The position numbers and the translations under genes are program-made. From NCBI RefSeq assembly GCF_018350175.1, contig NC_058368.1, forward strand, positions 203,858,001 through 203,922,000: a DNA stretch of 64,000 bases. The letters run 5' to 3'. Each line of letters begins with the position of its first letter. Position 1 is the first letter of the stretch. Source of the DNA: Felis catus. Lineage: Eukaryota. A model generated the notes under the pieces. It was not told the origin of the DNA, made no database searches, and saw nothing but the letters and a program-made list of their open reading frames with translations. Positions 24,818 to 38,056 of this stretch are shown piece after piece.

Positions 24818-25640
24818 CATAAGCATAAAGCTCAGTGAATTTTCACAAAGTGAACACACCCATGTAACCAGCTTCCAGATCATCGAAAAACAGAATATTA
24901 ACTGGTAGCCCCATAAGCACCTGTTGTGCCCCCTTGCCATTAAGGATCCCTTTCCCCAAATAACCACTATTCTGAATCCTACCAGTATAAATTAGTCTTG
25001 CTTGTATGCTTATTTTTTTATATAAAAGGAATCAGGCAGTATGTAGCCTTCTGTGTCTAATTTCTTTGTCTCAAAGTTATGTTTGTGAGTTTTAGCCATG
25101 TATTTGAATGCAGTTGTAGATCACCAAGTTTTACTGCTGTGTAGTTTTTCATTATATGGATATAACACAATTTATATGTACATTCTACTGCTGATGGATA
25201 CTTGGGTAATTGCCAATTTTTGGCAATTACAAATAGTGCTATTATGAAGAGTACTGCTCTTATGAATAGTGCTGTAGATGTCTGTGATATGCAGATACAT
25301 TTTTGTTGATATATATCTAAGGGTAGAAGTATTCCATTATAGCATGTATATACACTCAGTTTTAATAAATACTGACAAGCAGTTTTTCATTTTACACTCT
25401 GTAAACAGTGACAGTTCGCATTGTGACAGTTCCATTTGCTTCACATCCTTGCCAACATTTGGTATTGATAGTTTTTCATTTTAGCTATTTATTTGGTCAG
25501 TGTAAAAACACCTTAAGGTGATTTTAATTTCTATTTCCCATATGACCAATGACACTGAATATTTTTCATATGTTTACAAGTCATTTGGATGCTATCTTTT
25601 GTTAAGTGTCTGTTCAAATCTTGTGCCATTCTCTTGTTAA
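24740..25640 (-). mobile_element. Ancient L1ME-like 3' fragment containing (CA)n at 24775-24814
   Basis: GCTCAGTGAATTTTCACAAAGTGAACACACCCATGTAACCAGC...ATAACCACTATTCTGA...CACATCCTTGCCAACATTTGGTATT. Confidence 0.75.
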
Positions 25641-26745
25641 ATTGCCCTTTATTGGCAATCAGTTTGTATGCAGGGCCACTGAAGGATCCTCAGGTCCAGG
25701 AGGAATTCTACACTCTTGACTGAAAAGCAAGACACAGTTTAGATATCAGGCATAAATGCAGAAAAGTTAATATTTTATTTTGAATATTAATGAGGCTGAT
25801 ATAAATTGCTACCTAGTAGAGGGTACATGTTACCCTGGCACGGGCTTGGACTGGAGAAGTAATTATTCATAACGACAAGTCCATTCCAATAGGTTGAGGC
25901 TTGGAAGAAGAAACTTCTCAAAGGGCTGGACAGCATGAGTTAGCTGCAAAATATGCTCCTGATAATAAATGATCTAGTAGTTGAATGGAGTTTCCTCCCT
26001 CCCTCCCTTCCTTCCTTCCTTTTAAATTATTCATCTCAATACTGAAAATTGTCTGCCAGAATGATGATTTTGGCACAGATGATATGTAGATACTGAAGTA
26101 GATTGAGACAAAGGCCTGTGGTTTTATTGAGGTTAAAACTGGCACAAAGATTTGAGGAAACAATCAGTTTTGCTACCACGCTGTTTCCTGCTCTTAGCCT
26201 ACAAATGGCTCTTATCTTTTTTAGGCGAAATGAATTAACATATGTTAAAAGTATAGAAGAGCACTTGGCACCTTCTACACGCTCAATGTATTTTGATTGT
26301 TGTCCTCATTATTACCACATTCTGTTTCTGCTGGTGGACCTTTTGCTCTTGGTGCTTGAAATCGGGCATGGTTTGTGAACTTACCTCATCTTGTGTAACT
26401 GAAGTTCTAGTGCACTTCTGACAACTTGTAGGCAAGCAGGTCTCTGATGTGTGAGATGATGCAGAGACCCTCTCCTCTTAACCTCCTATCTGTCCCTGAT
26501 CTTGTATTCGACTCCCCCCAAGACAGGCAAGGGCTGGCGTCTGCCTCTTCACTCTTCACTCTTGCACATCCAGCATCTAGCCAGTGCCTGGCCCCAAAAG
26601 GAACCTAATAAATTTTGCTGAAGGTTTGCTCCACTTCATCTTTTATTGTGCCACCTGCTGCACTTGAGATGTGCGTGCATCCACATGGGTTCCAGGCCCA
26701 CATGGAGTTTGGAGAAGCTGGGCAGAGTGGAAAAGCCATAGTTTT

Positions 26746-26965
26746 TTTTTAAATTTTTTTTTCAACGTTTATTTATTTTTGGGACAGAGAGAGACAGAGC
26801 ATGAATGGGGGACGGGCAGAGAGAGAGGGAGACACAGAATCGGAAACAGGCTCCAGGCTCTGAGCCATCAGCCCAGAGCCTGACGCGGGGCTCAAACTCA
26901 CGGAGCGCGAGATCGTGACCTGGCTGAAGTCGGACGCTTAACCGACTGCGCCACCCAGGTGCCCC
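26746..26965 (-). mobile_element. Young Can-SINE at the 5' end of a MIR (MIR continues to ~27205)
   Basis: Perfect 16-bp TSD GAAAAGCCATAGTTTT at 26730-26745 and 26966-26981. Confidence 0.95.
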
Positions 26966-28021
26966 GAAAAGCCATAGTTTTAAGGGTCAGATGAGTCTCA
27001 ATTGAATCCCAGTTTACTCACTTCTCCCGAGCTGTGAAACCTTGGACAAATCACTTAAACCCTTGGCATTTTAGTTTCCTCATCAGTTAAATATCAGGAA
27101 AAACTTCCAAATTCTGAAAGTTGTAGTAAGGATTAGGCATAACCTGCCTAATGGATCTAGTACTGCACACTCCTCAGTAAGTGGTCCTGTTACTATTTAG
27201 TAACTGTCATTTTAAAAGTGCTCACACAAACCTCTGCTTTGACCTTCCCAGTTTCCTTTCTATTCCACATCCTTAAAACTTTTTTTCCTCATATTGCAGT
27301 AAGTGCTCGGAGCTCAAATGTCCACAATATACTAAATGATACTGATATCCCTTCGGTTCGCTTTTTCTTACACAAATGTGCACCAGGGAATGGTACAATT
27401 TTTAGCAACATGGCAGTTCTGCCCTATGTTACAGAACTCCCTCCGTATCCATTTAAGAGAGCTTTGTCTTAGCCAATCAGGTCCCTGCATCTTCTGATGC
27501 ACAATCAGGACAGCTGGTGATGAGAAATGGCAGGGTACCTATGAATCACCCAGAATGTTATTTATTATGTGTATGTACTACAAACCTCTTTGTTGCGCTT
27601 GTAATGGTTTCATATATATAAATCCCATTACCTCAAAATATTGTGAGACTCTCATGAATCCAGTGTCTATAATGTTTACTTCCTTCCTATCAATCCCAGA
27701 GCCTGGAACGGTGCTAGGTTTTTAGCAAGCATTAAAAAATGCTTACTAATTTAAAGTATTTAAGAATACATTTACCAAACAGATTTTTTTCAGTAGAATG
27801 AAAAAAATGCTGACTCCTACTTAAGGAAATAGTTTATCTCATGTAGAGCTCACTGGATACCACATTCAGAATGTTTCAAACACTCTTTGGTTATCAACAG
27901 GGAGTTCAGAACTAGATCTGAGCAAGGGAGAGCAAGTGCCAATCCTTCTTCCTACTTTCACTCTCTTACCTTTTTTATGTATTATATATTTATTTAATAC
28001 GTAATGTATAAATTTATAAAA

Positions 28022-28415
28022 ATGTTTGTTTGTTTGTTTGTTTGTTTTAATTCCAGTGTAGTTAACATACAGTGTTACATTAGTTTCAGGTGTACAATAT
28101 AGCAATTCAACAATTCCTTACATTACTCAGTGCTCATCAAGATAAGTGTGCTCCTAATCCCCTTCACCTATTTTGCCCAGCCCCTCACCCACCTCCCCTC
28201 TGATAACCATCCATTTGTTCTCTGTAGTTAAGAGTCTGGTTTTTTCGCTTGTCTCTCTTTTTTTCCTTTGTTCATTTGTTTTGCTTCTTCAATTCCACAT
28301 ATGAGTGAAATCATATAGAATTTGTCTTTCTCCGAATGGCTTATTTCACTTAGCATTATACCCTCTAGAGCCATTCATGTTGTTGAATATGGCAAGATTT
28401 CATTCTTTTTTATGT
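28022..28415 (-). mobile_element. Carnivore L1 3' end with (TTTG)n-converted tail
   Basis: TTAATTCCAGTGTAGTTAACATACAGTGTTACATTAGTTTCAGGTGTACAATATAG...CCACATATGAGTGAAATCATA; homologous to 7533-7680. Confidence 0.88.
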
Positions 28416-28719
28416 GTAAGTACTTAGCCTGGTAAAGCTGACCTATATTTTGTTCTTTTAGCACAGCTATAGTGTTATTGCACTAAAACACAATGCTTTG
28501 CTGTCTACTTCGATAAGAAAATAATTCTCACTCCACCGTGCTGTGAAAGAGCAGCGTTCCAACTCTACTTTCCTTGCATTGACACAATAGGTACGCACTG
28601 GTAGTAAGAATACACAAAATGTCACAATTTGCCAATGTGCTTGGCACTTGAAACACTGCTGAGTGACAACTGCATCACTAGCATTTGCAGTATGCCAGGC
28701 AGCAATGCAAAGTAATCAG

Positions 28720-29345
28720 AGTACCAACTATGGCCTCTGTAGCTAATCCAACTCTACCTTCTTAGCATGGACACACTCACTGATAACAGACACATGAAAA
28801 GTGTGGCTGTATTCCAACAAGACTTTATGAACACTGAAGTTGGAATCTTATAAAATTTCCATATGATAAAATATTATTTTTATTTTTCTCTACCATTTAA
28901 AAATGTAAAATCTCCCTCTCTCTCTCCCCCTCCACCACTCATGTTCTGTCTCTGTCTCTCTCTTTCTCTCAAAAGTAAATAAATATTTAAAAAAAATTTT
29001 TTTTAAAAAAGGGAGGCACCTGGGTGGCTCAGTCGGTTAAGCGTCTGACTTCAGCTCAGGTCATGATCTCATGGTTTGTGAGTTCAAGACCCCGCATCAG
29101 ACTCTGTGCTGACAGCTGAGAGCCAGGAGCCTGCTTCGGATTCTGCAACTCCCTCTCTCTCTACCCCTCCACCACTCATGTTCCGTCTCTGTCTCTCTCT
29201 CTCTCTCTCTCTCTCAAAAATAAATAAACATTTAAGAAAAAAATTAAAAAAAAATAAAAATGTAAAAAGCACTCTTAGCTCAAAGCTGTACAATAATAGA
29301 CAGTGGATCAGATTTAACCAGCGGGTCATCATTTGTTGATTTAGT
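28720..29345. mobile_element. MER58B-like hAT element interrupted by a SINE dimer
   Basis: GTGTGGCTGTATTCCAACAAGACTTTATGAACACTGAAGTTGGAAT...CCATTTAAAAATGTAAAA|AGCACTCTTAGCTC...GATTTAACCAGCGGGTCATCATTTG. Confidence 0.75.
28911..29254 (+). mobile_element. SINE 3'-half (28911-29010) plus full SINE (29011-29254) inside one TSD
   Basis: TSD TAAAAATGTAAAA at 28898-28910 and 29255-29267. Confidence 0.88.
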
Positions 29346-29618
29346 CTGTAACTCATAGCGGTTATGTCTCACTGACTGAACTTTGATTGACACAGTATAT
29401 ATTCAAGGTCAACTATGTGTCAGATAAGGAAGATGCAAAGAAAAATATGACAGAGTCTCTGTTCTCAAAAGGTCTATACACATTCAATAGTTTCTGTGAT
29501 AAAGATTTAACAAAGATTTGCCTGCCACCTACTATATACTTGGCATTGTATTCCTAAGAATACCAACAACTTTACTGCTTATGGCCTTTCCAACCTTGTT
29601 TGGGAAACAAAACATCCC

Positions 29619-30195
29619 TGTATCAGTCACCTATTGCTGAGTAACAAATTACCACAAACTAAGCAACTTAAAACAGCTTGCATTTATTACTTGTGGTTTC
29701 TTTGGGTCAGGAGTCCAGTTACAGCTTAACTGGGTACCCTGCCTAGGGTCACCCAACTGCAGTCAAGGTGTTAGCTAGGCTACCTTCTCATCTGGAACCT
29801 CAACTGGGGAAAAATCTGTTCCCAGGCTCACTCAGGCTGTTGGCAAAGTTAATTTCCTTATGGTTCTAGAAGGAAGGGTATTAGCTTCTTGCCTATCATC
29901 TGGAGGTCTTCCTCATCTCTTAAAGGCTACTCTAAGTTCTGTGCCTCCCAACATGGTCACTTACTTCCTCAAAGCCAGCTAAGGAAAGAGAGTCTCCACA
30001 AAGACTCTGCAAGCCAGATGGAGATTAATACAACATAGCATACTTAAAGGACTAACGTCCCATCACCTATGTCATAATCTATTGGTTAGGAGCAAGACAG
30101 TTTCCGCCCACACTCAAGAAGAAGAAATTATACCAGAACATGAACATCAGGAGGCATATACCATGGCGGAGCCACTCTAAAGATAATCTGCCACA
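29619..30195 (-). mobile_element. MaLR solo LTR (MLT1E/F-like)
   Basis: TGTATCAGTCACCTATTGCTGAGTAACAAATTACCACAAACT...AACTTAAAACAGC...ends CTGCCACA. Confidence 0.8.
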
Positions 30196-30299
30196 GGCCC
30201 AAAGAGTAATACAATAAAATATAGGATCAAAAGGGATAGACACACAAAATGATGTGACATAAACCACTGTTTTTCTAAGCACCTAAAGAATAAAGAATA

Positions 30300-30422
30300 T
30301 AGGTGCCTGGGTGGCTCAGTCAGTTGAGCATGTGAGCCTTGATTTTGGCTCAGGTCACTATCCCAGGGTCCTGGGATCAAGCCTGGCATCAGGCTCCATA
30401 CTGAACATAGAGCCTGCTTGAG

Positions 30423-30462
<40 letters not shown>

Positions 30463-30480
30463 AAATAAAAGGAATAAACA
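30300..30480 (+). mobile_element. Older Can-SINE
   Basis: GGTGCCTGGGTGGCTCAGTCAGTTGAGC...GAGCCTGCTTGAGATTCTCTC(TC)n followed by an A-rich tail. Confidence 0.88.
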
Positions 30481-32651
30481 ATACAGTAAAGACAAGAATT
30501 ACTTAATAAGACCTCATGAAGAAAGGAAGGTATCAGCTTGTCTTTGAAGATTATATGAATCAAAACATTTATAAAATTCAATGGTAAATGATGCCATTCA
30601 TGATAATACAGTGACAGCAACATAACTGGAGATTTGCAGTAAAATGCTGAGAATATCCAGAATTTTCAATCCTTTTCATGACAACTTTATGTCATTACCA
30701 ATTTTTTTAAATTTTAAAATGTGAAACACTACCGGTATTTAATCCAGAAAAAAACTTCAGGTCCCCCGAATAAAAGCTCTATACAAAACTTATTACCAAC
30801 TAAAAGAAGAAAATAATATTGTATTCATTCTAATCTTACTTTATTATACTTAAGTGATCAGATAAGTTATGCTAATAGTATTGGCCATTTAGTAGATACA
30901 GGAGGAGAAAGGGAAAGGAATGAGAGGAGAAAGGGAAATGATTTCTATTTCTCCAACATTCTTACAGAACACTTACACTGCTGCAGAAATGGATCCAAAT
31001 ATGGAGACTATGATAAACCATTAGCACAGACTACACAATGCAACTGATGATGATAATGCATGTTTACAATTCTTTATAGGCAACAGAAGTAGTTTCATAA
31101 CTAAAGGAAGTGGGCATTTCTGGCTTCTCATATTGAAATGTTATTTTTGATTCAATTCTAACTTCCTTATTTAAACATTCTTTTCTCCCAAATTAGCCAA
31201 GAGATTCTTTCTCAGTGAGCACAAACCACATGGAAAGTTACAGTTTTTAAGTTGCTCCCATTTCTTAGTTCTTGGTGAGCCAAACAGACTACGTTGCTTC
31301 AGATCCAGAGATCTAATTTAAAAACTCATATTTGGGTTAAGAAATAGCATGGAAATTTCCTTCCCCATAAGGTAATTTCAAGAGATCCATGTGAATTCAT
31401 AAATGCCAAGAACTGACACAAACACAGATCAAATGATCCAAAATGCTAGACACATCCATGGATAGACTTAATGTCACCAGTAAGTATATCGAGTGAAAAT
31501 ACCCATATTAATAAAATAGTTATATGAGATAAAGATAGAGATATAACTTGGTCTATTAAAAATTGAAATTTTCTATAATGGAAGATAAGTTAATACCACT
31601 TAATCTCCCAGATGTGGGGGTCTAGGAAAAGGTGTGACTCAGTCTATGAAGGAAAAAACTCTAAGGCAAAAGTAGCTTGCTCCAAGTCAAAATTCCAGAC
31701 CAGTTGGGTTAGATACAAAGGCTAAGTTCCAAATAACACACACTTTGACCACAATCTACATCATTAATAAAAAAAAAAATTTTTCAGTGATGGCATATGC
31801 TAAAGATTATTTGGCTAACACCTTGACTCCTCTTAGCCTATATGTTGTCAGTCCAAACTCATGCCTCGATTTCCTTATTACTAGTAATTGTAGAACAGTT
31901 TTCCTTGTTTCAGAAGTTTGATTCCTCAGGCTCTTCTTGAACCCACCATTTTCCTTATCTATCCACTCAGACATCAAATTCCTAACTACTTCCCTTCTTT
32001 TCCAATCCAATGGCCTCCACCCTTGGTTTAAGGCCTTCCTACCTCATGCCTGGATTATTACAATTGTCTCTCAATGGCTTACCCTACTTGAATTTTCTCT
32101 GTCATGTCCCACCCTCCACATTATTAATGGGATTGATCACTCCCTGACTTTGAATAGGCAGCAAGAGCTTCCTTTGGTCTAAAAGGTACAGGTTCACTGT
32201 CTTTACTTCAGGTTCCTTTTACTTTAACCTCTGAACCATCCTGCAGGATCCCCCTTATGCCTACCCAATATGAGAACATGCCCCACCAAACTTTCCCCTT
32301 ATATTTAATCCATTTTTATTTATGTTGTTATTTTCTCCTGGGAGTCCTACTCCATATTCTTCAACTCAATAGTATGTATTCCATTAAAATTTCCACAGAA
32401 ATTTCCATCCTTTTTCTGAATGCAAATGCAAATTTCAGTTTTTTATCAAAAAGTAACTGGTACTGTAACTACTCTTGAGCAAGTTTTATCTCTCTTGCTA
32501 TAGTACAGCATATATGTCTTATTTATCCTTTACTCAGAAACACATTCTGAACCCAAAAATTCTTAAAGTTACTTGGTGAATGAATGCAGTGGTCTTCAAA
32601 AACCAAATACCATATATTACTATATGTGACTACTCTATAAAAGGAAATTAC

Positions 32652-32868
32652 GGGGCGCCTGGGTGGCGCAGTCGGTTAAGCGTCCGACTTCAGCCAGGTC
32701 ACGATCTCGCGGTCCTTGAGTTCGAGCCCCGCGTCGGGCTCTGGGCTGATGGCTCAGAGCCTGGAGCCTGTTTCTGATTCTGTGTCTCCCTCTCTCTCTG
32801 CCCCTCCCCCGTTCATGCTCTGTCTCTCTCTGTCCCAAAACTAAATAAACGTTGAAAAAAAAAATATT
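32652..32868 (+). mobile_element. Young Can-SINE
   Basis: CpG-rich; perfect TSD TAAAAGGAAATTAC at 32638-32651 and 32869-32882. Confidence 0.96.
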
Positions 32869-33189
32869 TAAAAGGAAATTACTTAACCAATATATAACTA
32901 ACAGACTCACAGACTCTAGATGGAAAATTAGTTCTCATTTCCATGCTTTGAGCTTATACAGAATTAGCATAAATGACTGACTGAATTAATAAACTGGAAG
33001 CTATATTAACAATCAAAAGTGGCTGCATTAACAAAAGAAACCTGAAATAGATAAAAAACAATCCAAGAGGCACTCCGTGTGATCTCTTTTATAAAACATA
33101 CACAGACTGCAAACTTCAGTCACTCTAAGCTTCACGTTTCACAGAGCATGATCATTTAAAATATGACTTCAGAAGTTTTCAACCTAATA

Positions 33190-33420
33190 ATAATCATAGC
33201 CTCCAATTATTCAGTACCTACTATGTGGTGGACTCTGTGCAAAGAGAGTTACAATATTCTTCTTCAATCTTTATTGTGAGATGGGTATTATTGTCCTCAT
33301 TTTGTAGGTGAAGAAACTGAGAATCACAGAGGCGAAATAAGTTTCTTGGGACTTCCTAGCTCGAGAAGGGGAGAGCCAGAATTAAAATCTGTATCTGTCT
33401 GACATCAAAATTTATGCTGT
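33190..33420 (-). mobile_element. MIR
   Basis: GTATTATTGTCCTCATTTTGTAGGTGAAGAAACTGAGAATCACAGAGG (antisense MIR core). Confidence 0.7.
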
Positions 33421-34224
33421 TACCCACCTCACTTCAGTAAAGATCTCTCTTAAAAACAAACACAAATAAAATATTATTTTAAACCTCATTTTACCTATTA
33501 TGGAATTTTGAGGATACTGGCATGTCATTGTCTTTTATAGACACCAATAAACAAATTACTTTCTCACCCTTTTCAACCAATGACAATATTTACAGAGCTA
33601 GGTAGTATTACAGCACTTAGCCCAATTTATTTGATTTTCTTTAGAATTCAATTAACTATTCATGAAATTTTAAGGCAGGTCTAGAAGATGAATTTTGCAT
33701 CATCAGCCTCTTGTGAAAAATACTAAGATCACACAAAACTTAAGTGGCATGCAAACAAAATTTAGAATGATTGAATGTAAGTCAATACAAATGCTGAAAA
33801 TACAATTATGTTATGCCAGTCAGATTCACTGAGAATAAAATAATTGTGTAATGAATGTTTCACAAATATAGCTACTTATGTTATCTAAGAAGGATGATAT
33901 ATTCTGAAAAATAGTAATCTAATTTCAGAAATTAACCATTTTAGAGTGATACTAAAACCTATTTAGAACTATGTTTTATATTTTAATGAAATGGACTTCA
34001 TTGCTATACCAATGGACTTAATAAGACCATGGTAAAATAAATCTACCCTATAAAAATTAGAATCTGTTAATCAGCTCAAGGTAACCGACAAATTTAAAAT
34101 ACATCCCAACTTTCTAAATGCTCTATTTCTTTGTGAACACTGGTTAGGGACTATGGAATTATTGATGTCGGTGAAGAAAACAGCATTTTTATATGCTTGC
34201 TAAGTCACTGAAAGATATCTAATT

Positions 34225-34830
34225 CACTCATCCATCCAATAACTAAACTACTTACTGAGTACCAACTGCATGCCAGCCAATCTTCCATGTACCATGGAGA
34301 GTGCAGTGAGGAAGACAAATAAGATTCCTATTCTCCAGAACTTCTCCTCCTATGGAGGGAGGTCAGTAAATTAAGTATACAAATCAGTAAGTAAGGGTAA
34401 TTTTAAGTAGTGTCGAGTACTAGGAGGGTGCTAAAAGAAGAAATATAAAAAAGAACATCAAAGAGCAGCATTAAATCAGGTGGACAGAGAAGGTTATTTT
34501 GATATGATGGCATCTGAACTGAGAACCGAATGAAAATAGGAGGAGGCCCATGAAGAACTGGAGAAAGAGGATTCTGGGCATAAGGAGTGATTCGTGAAAA
34601 GGCTCTAAGATGGAAAGAAGTTCAACCAGCTCACGAGAGAATAAGGATGCCAGTGTGACCTGAGTGTTGCAAGCAACGGGAAACAGGAGAGGAGGCAGTG
34701 TTGAAGTTGTAGGAAAGCCAACTCACCTTCAGCACTCTGGTGACCGCATGAAGACCTGTGGATTTTATGCGAATTGCAATGGGAAACAAGGGTACAAGCA
34801 AGGAGGTAAATGCTGTAATATGATTTAGAC
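34225..34830 (-). mobile_element. L2 3' fragment
   Basis: CACTCATCCATCCAATAACTAAACTACTTACTGAGTACCAACTGCATGCCAG is an antisense L2 terminus. Confidence 0.65.
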
Positions 34831-35949
34831 TACAAAGGAAATTAGGTCCCATCATATTGCTCACACAATTAAACAGTTTATTCTTGGGGACAAAAACAGA
34901 ATTACAATTAATTTAATCCTGGTTTATAAAGTACTTTCCCCCACAGAAACTCAATATGCTCTAGAAATCAGCATTTTTTTTCATCTCCCAGAATAGGTTT
35001 TGTTCTTCATTTTACAGCTAGGGATGAAGACAGAGTGAGATTAACTCATTTCCATTCCCTATAAGTAATAATGACAGTCACCGTGGAAAATGCACCCCAG
35101 TAGCAAGCTTGTGGCTGCTGTCTAATCAGGGCAAGTGTCTTGTCTTGCTGATTTCATTGAACACTTTTCCTCATCCTTCACTTCTGACAGAAGAATTTTT
35201 CTGAGTGCTTCTGGAAGACAAAATGCTGCTCACTAAATTACAAGCAGACAGGCAGTCCTGCTCTAATTGATGAATGGTATGAGTGTTATGAGTCACCAAG
35301 CTCCAAACCAACTTGATTTAGCCACTTGAACTATTCAGTCATATCCTAAAAACTCATGGTAGAGAATGAGAGTCTTATTGCTTTTAGGAAATGGAATCCA
35401 TAAATAAAAATAAGATGGTATTTGGGGTGCCTTACTGACTCACAGTACAGACACGTCAAATAAACACCATCCTCCCAGTTTTTCAGCCCTGAGATCAGAA
35501 GCTTAAAAGAAGTCAATCTTGAAAGTCAACCCATTAACCTCTGCCTCTCCATTATCTTGTGTTAGACTTTTAGAAAAACTTCTGTATAGCTGCAGCTCCT
35601 TAAACCTTGTAATCTCAAGAAGAGCTCAGAGGACTTGACATGTCTTAGGAGCTGAGAAAGTAGGGTTAGGAGATTTAATGAAAATTTAAAAGATCACAGA
35701 AACTTTTCTGCAAGCAAATTAATGTGTTTCCTTAATCTTTCTGCAAGCCTTTTGTTGTATAATAATAACACTTTTGCAAGAAAGTTGCCACAGTCATCAC
35801 TCAAAAGTATTACTTCTTTGAATATTTTCTTTGAAATCATTAAGCACAAGAAAGTGTTGGTCAGAGAGTCCCTAAGCTGTTCAAGTGTCACTTCATGACA
35901 AAGGATTATGTGGGCAAGTTCCACTGTGGAATATCCTTTCTTAATAAAT

Positions 35950-36120
35950 TGAAAGGGTAGTAACTTCCTACAATAGCTGGTCTTTGGGTACATCACCATT
36001 CCTTGTTGGGTTTCCTTAACCTTGTCCACACCTCTCTTCATAGTCCCCTCAATAAATTCTTTCCGACTCAACCATTCTGACAGTGTTATCTGTTTTCTGC
36101 TAGGATCCTGACTGATTCTA
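35950..36120 (+). mobile_element. ERVL LTR33-like 3' fragment
   Basis: CATCACCATTCCTTGTTGGGTTTCCTTAACCTTGTCCACACC...TCTGTTTTCTGCTAGGATCCTGACTGAT. Confidence 0.6.
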
Positions 36121-36753
36121 TACCTGACCTCTGATCAACGACCAGAATCCCTTAAAAGGGTAACCAGTTAAGATCTTTCTAAACCATCAGAAGCATCTTG
36201 TCCTTTGCCCTTCATTGTCCTTGTTGTAATTCCTATGCTGTCACACTGTTCCTGGGGGCCTAGAACAAGTAAAAACAAACAAACAGCTCAGACTAACCAG
36301 TATTTCTTGAGAATATACTACATGCCCAGAACTGTGCTTCAAAACTGAAAAATATGGATGTGGAAAATACTGTTCCTTCTGTCAGGGTTCTCACATTCTA
36401 TGGAGTAAATATACCTTCTCTAAGCTAAAAATCTTCAAGAAGCCTTCTTATAGATGTTTCTCCCACATAAACCCAACGCATGTATGAAGAAGGGAAGTGC
36501 AAAAGCCTGAGTCTGCAATAATTATCATCCAGAGGCTACAAATTACTGATGCTTAGAGAGGTTGGCAGGAATTCAGTTGCATGAGGTAGAGAAGTAGATG
36601 AGGCTGGGGATTTAGTTAAAAACAAGAAACAGGGGTGTTGAATGCCATACTAACTGATTGATTTGGGTGTAATCTGATAGGAAATAATAGATCTTTAAAG
36701 ATTCCTAAACAAGAGAGTTAATGATCAAATCTAAATTTTAAAAGTATTCCTCT

Positions 36754-36970
36754 AGGAGCGCGAGGGTGGCTCAGTAGGTTAAGCATCTGACTCTTGATTT
36801 GGGCTCAGGTGCTGATCCAAGAGTCATGGGATCAAGCCCCACATCAGGCTCCATGCTGAGTGTGGAGCCTACTTAAGATTCTCTCTGTCTCTCTCTATCT
36901 CTCTGTCTCTCTCTCCCCCCTCCCTCTACCTCTCTCCCACCCCCCTCTCAAAATAAATAAATAGGCATTT
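36754..36970 (+). mobile_element. Older Can-SINE
   Basis: GTATTCCTCT on both flanks; head, (CT)n and A-tail present. Confidence 0.88.
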
Positions 36971-38056
36971 TAAATGTATTCCTCTGGTACAATCAACTAA
37001 TGAATTGAAGGATCCTGAAAGAAGAGGGAAAGAGACCAGGCATAAAATTACAATAGTCCCAGCAAAAGGCTGAAAGAAAGAGTGGGCACAAAAAGGAAGA
37101 AACAAACAAACAAAAAAAAGACTACAGAAACTGAGAAACAAATGGAGACAACTCACTAATTCTAGCAGTAATACTGAGGGACAGAAAACCTTTGGTAAAT
37201 TGTTATGGGTTACAAAAGTATTAACCATTGATATCAGCTCAAATTTATTGATTTTTCCTCCTAACCCATACTACTGCTCTGTGTCAATTACTGGCATATT
37301 TTCTACTTGAAAATAATTAACCAAAATGTTCATCTGATCCACTATTACTCCGTTTTAGTCAAGTTTCTGAAATGCATCTGTTTCAATGAAATAGCATGGT
37401 GGTCATCACTCTGTTAGAAAGAATGTGGTGTGGTTTTTCTGTCTTACATCAGACAAGAGGGAAAACACTGGAAGCTTTGTAATGAAGTACTGAAGCTATA
37501 ATCATGGCTCAAACATGACTCCGTCACATTTCACTTTCTCCATAAACTCTCTTTGAAATGAATGAGAAAAAGTAGGAATGTTCCTTCATCTTTTAAAACA
37601 AGGGAACAGAAAGTAACATAATTATACAAATACAAGATGAATAGATATCATATGGGAGAGGTTGTTACGATATTATCAATCATTGCTAAAAGCAAAAGTA
37701 TAAAAAGATTGAAGATCAACTATATGCAATGAAGCAATTCTTAAAATTCCTCCTCTACCATTTATTTCTCCATATTGAGTCTTCAGAGAAATACTCTAAG
37801 ACAAAAATCAAAGCTATTCTAACTTCAGCATCCCTTAAAGCTCAATTCTTAATCCTCTTCCCTCTCTGTGTGCACTCCATTTGAGAGCTCAACTAACCCC
37901 ACAGTTTCCAATACCTTCTCAATATTCTGTAGCTCCAGGCCTGCCATCTCTCCTAATCTGAAACCCCCTTTTCAATTTCTATTTACAAGACATCACACTT
38001 CTACGTGATGTCTTGCAGTTGCCTCGAACTCAACCTAAAAGTTTTTTTTTTTAAAT

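Noticed and set aside
31246..31313. Possible minus-strand mini-exons near 31.0 and 31.3 kb
   Set aside because: The donor is weak and joining the two gives an in-frame stop; no coherent gene model results.
32652..32730. tRNA-like A/B boxes as tRNA genes
   Set aside because: They are the tRNA-derived heads of SINEs.
35694..36071. 125-aa minus-strand ORF
   Set aside because: Non-ATG start within an LTR33-like fragment, no recognisable domain and no convincing splice sites.
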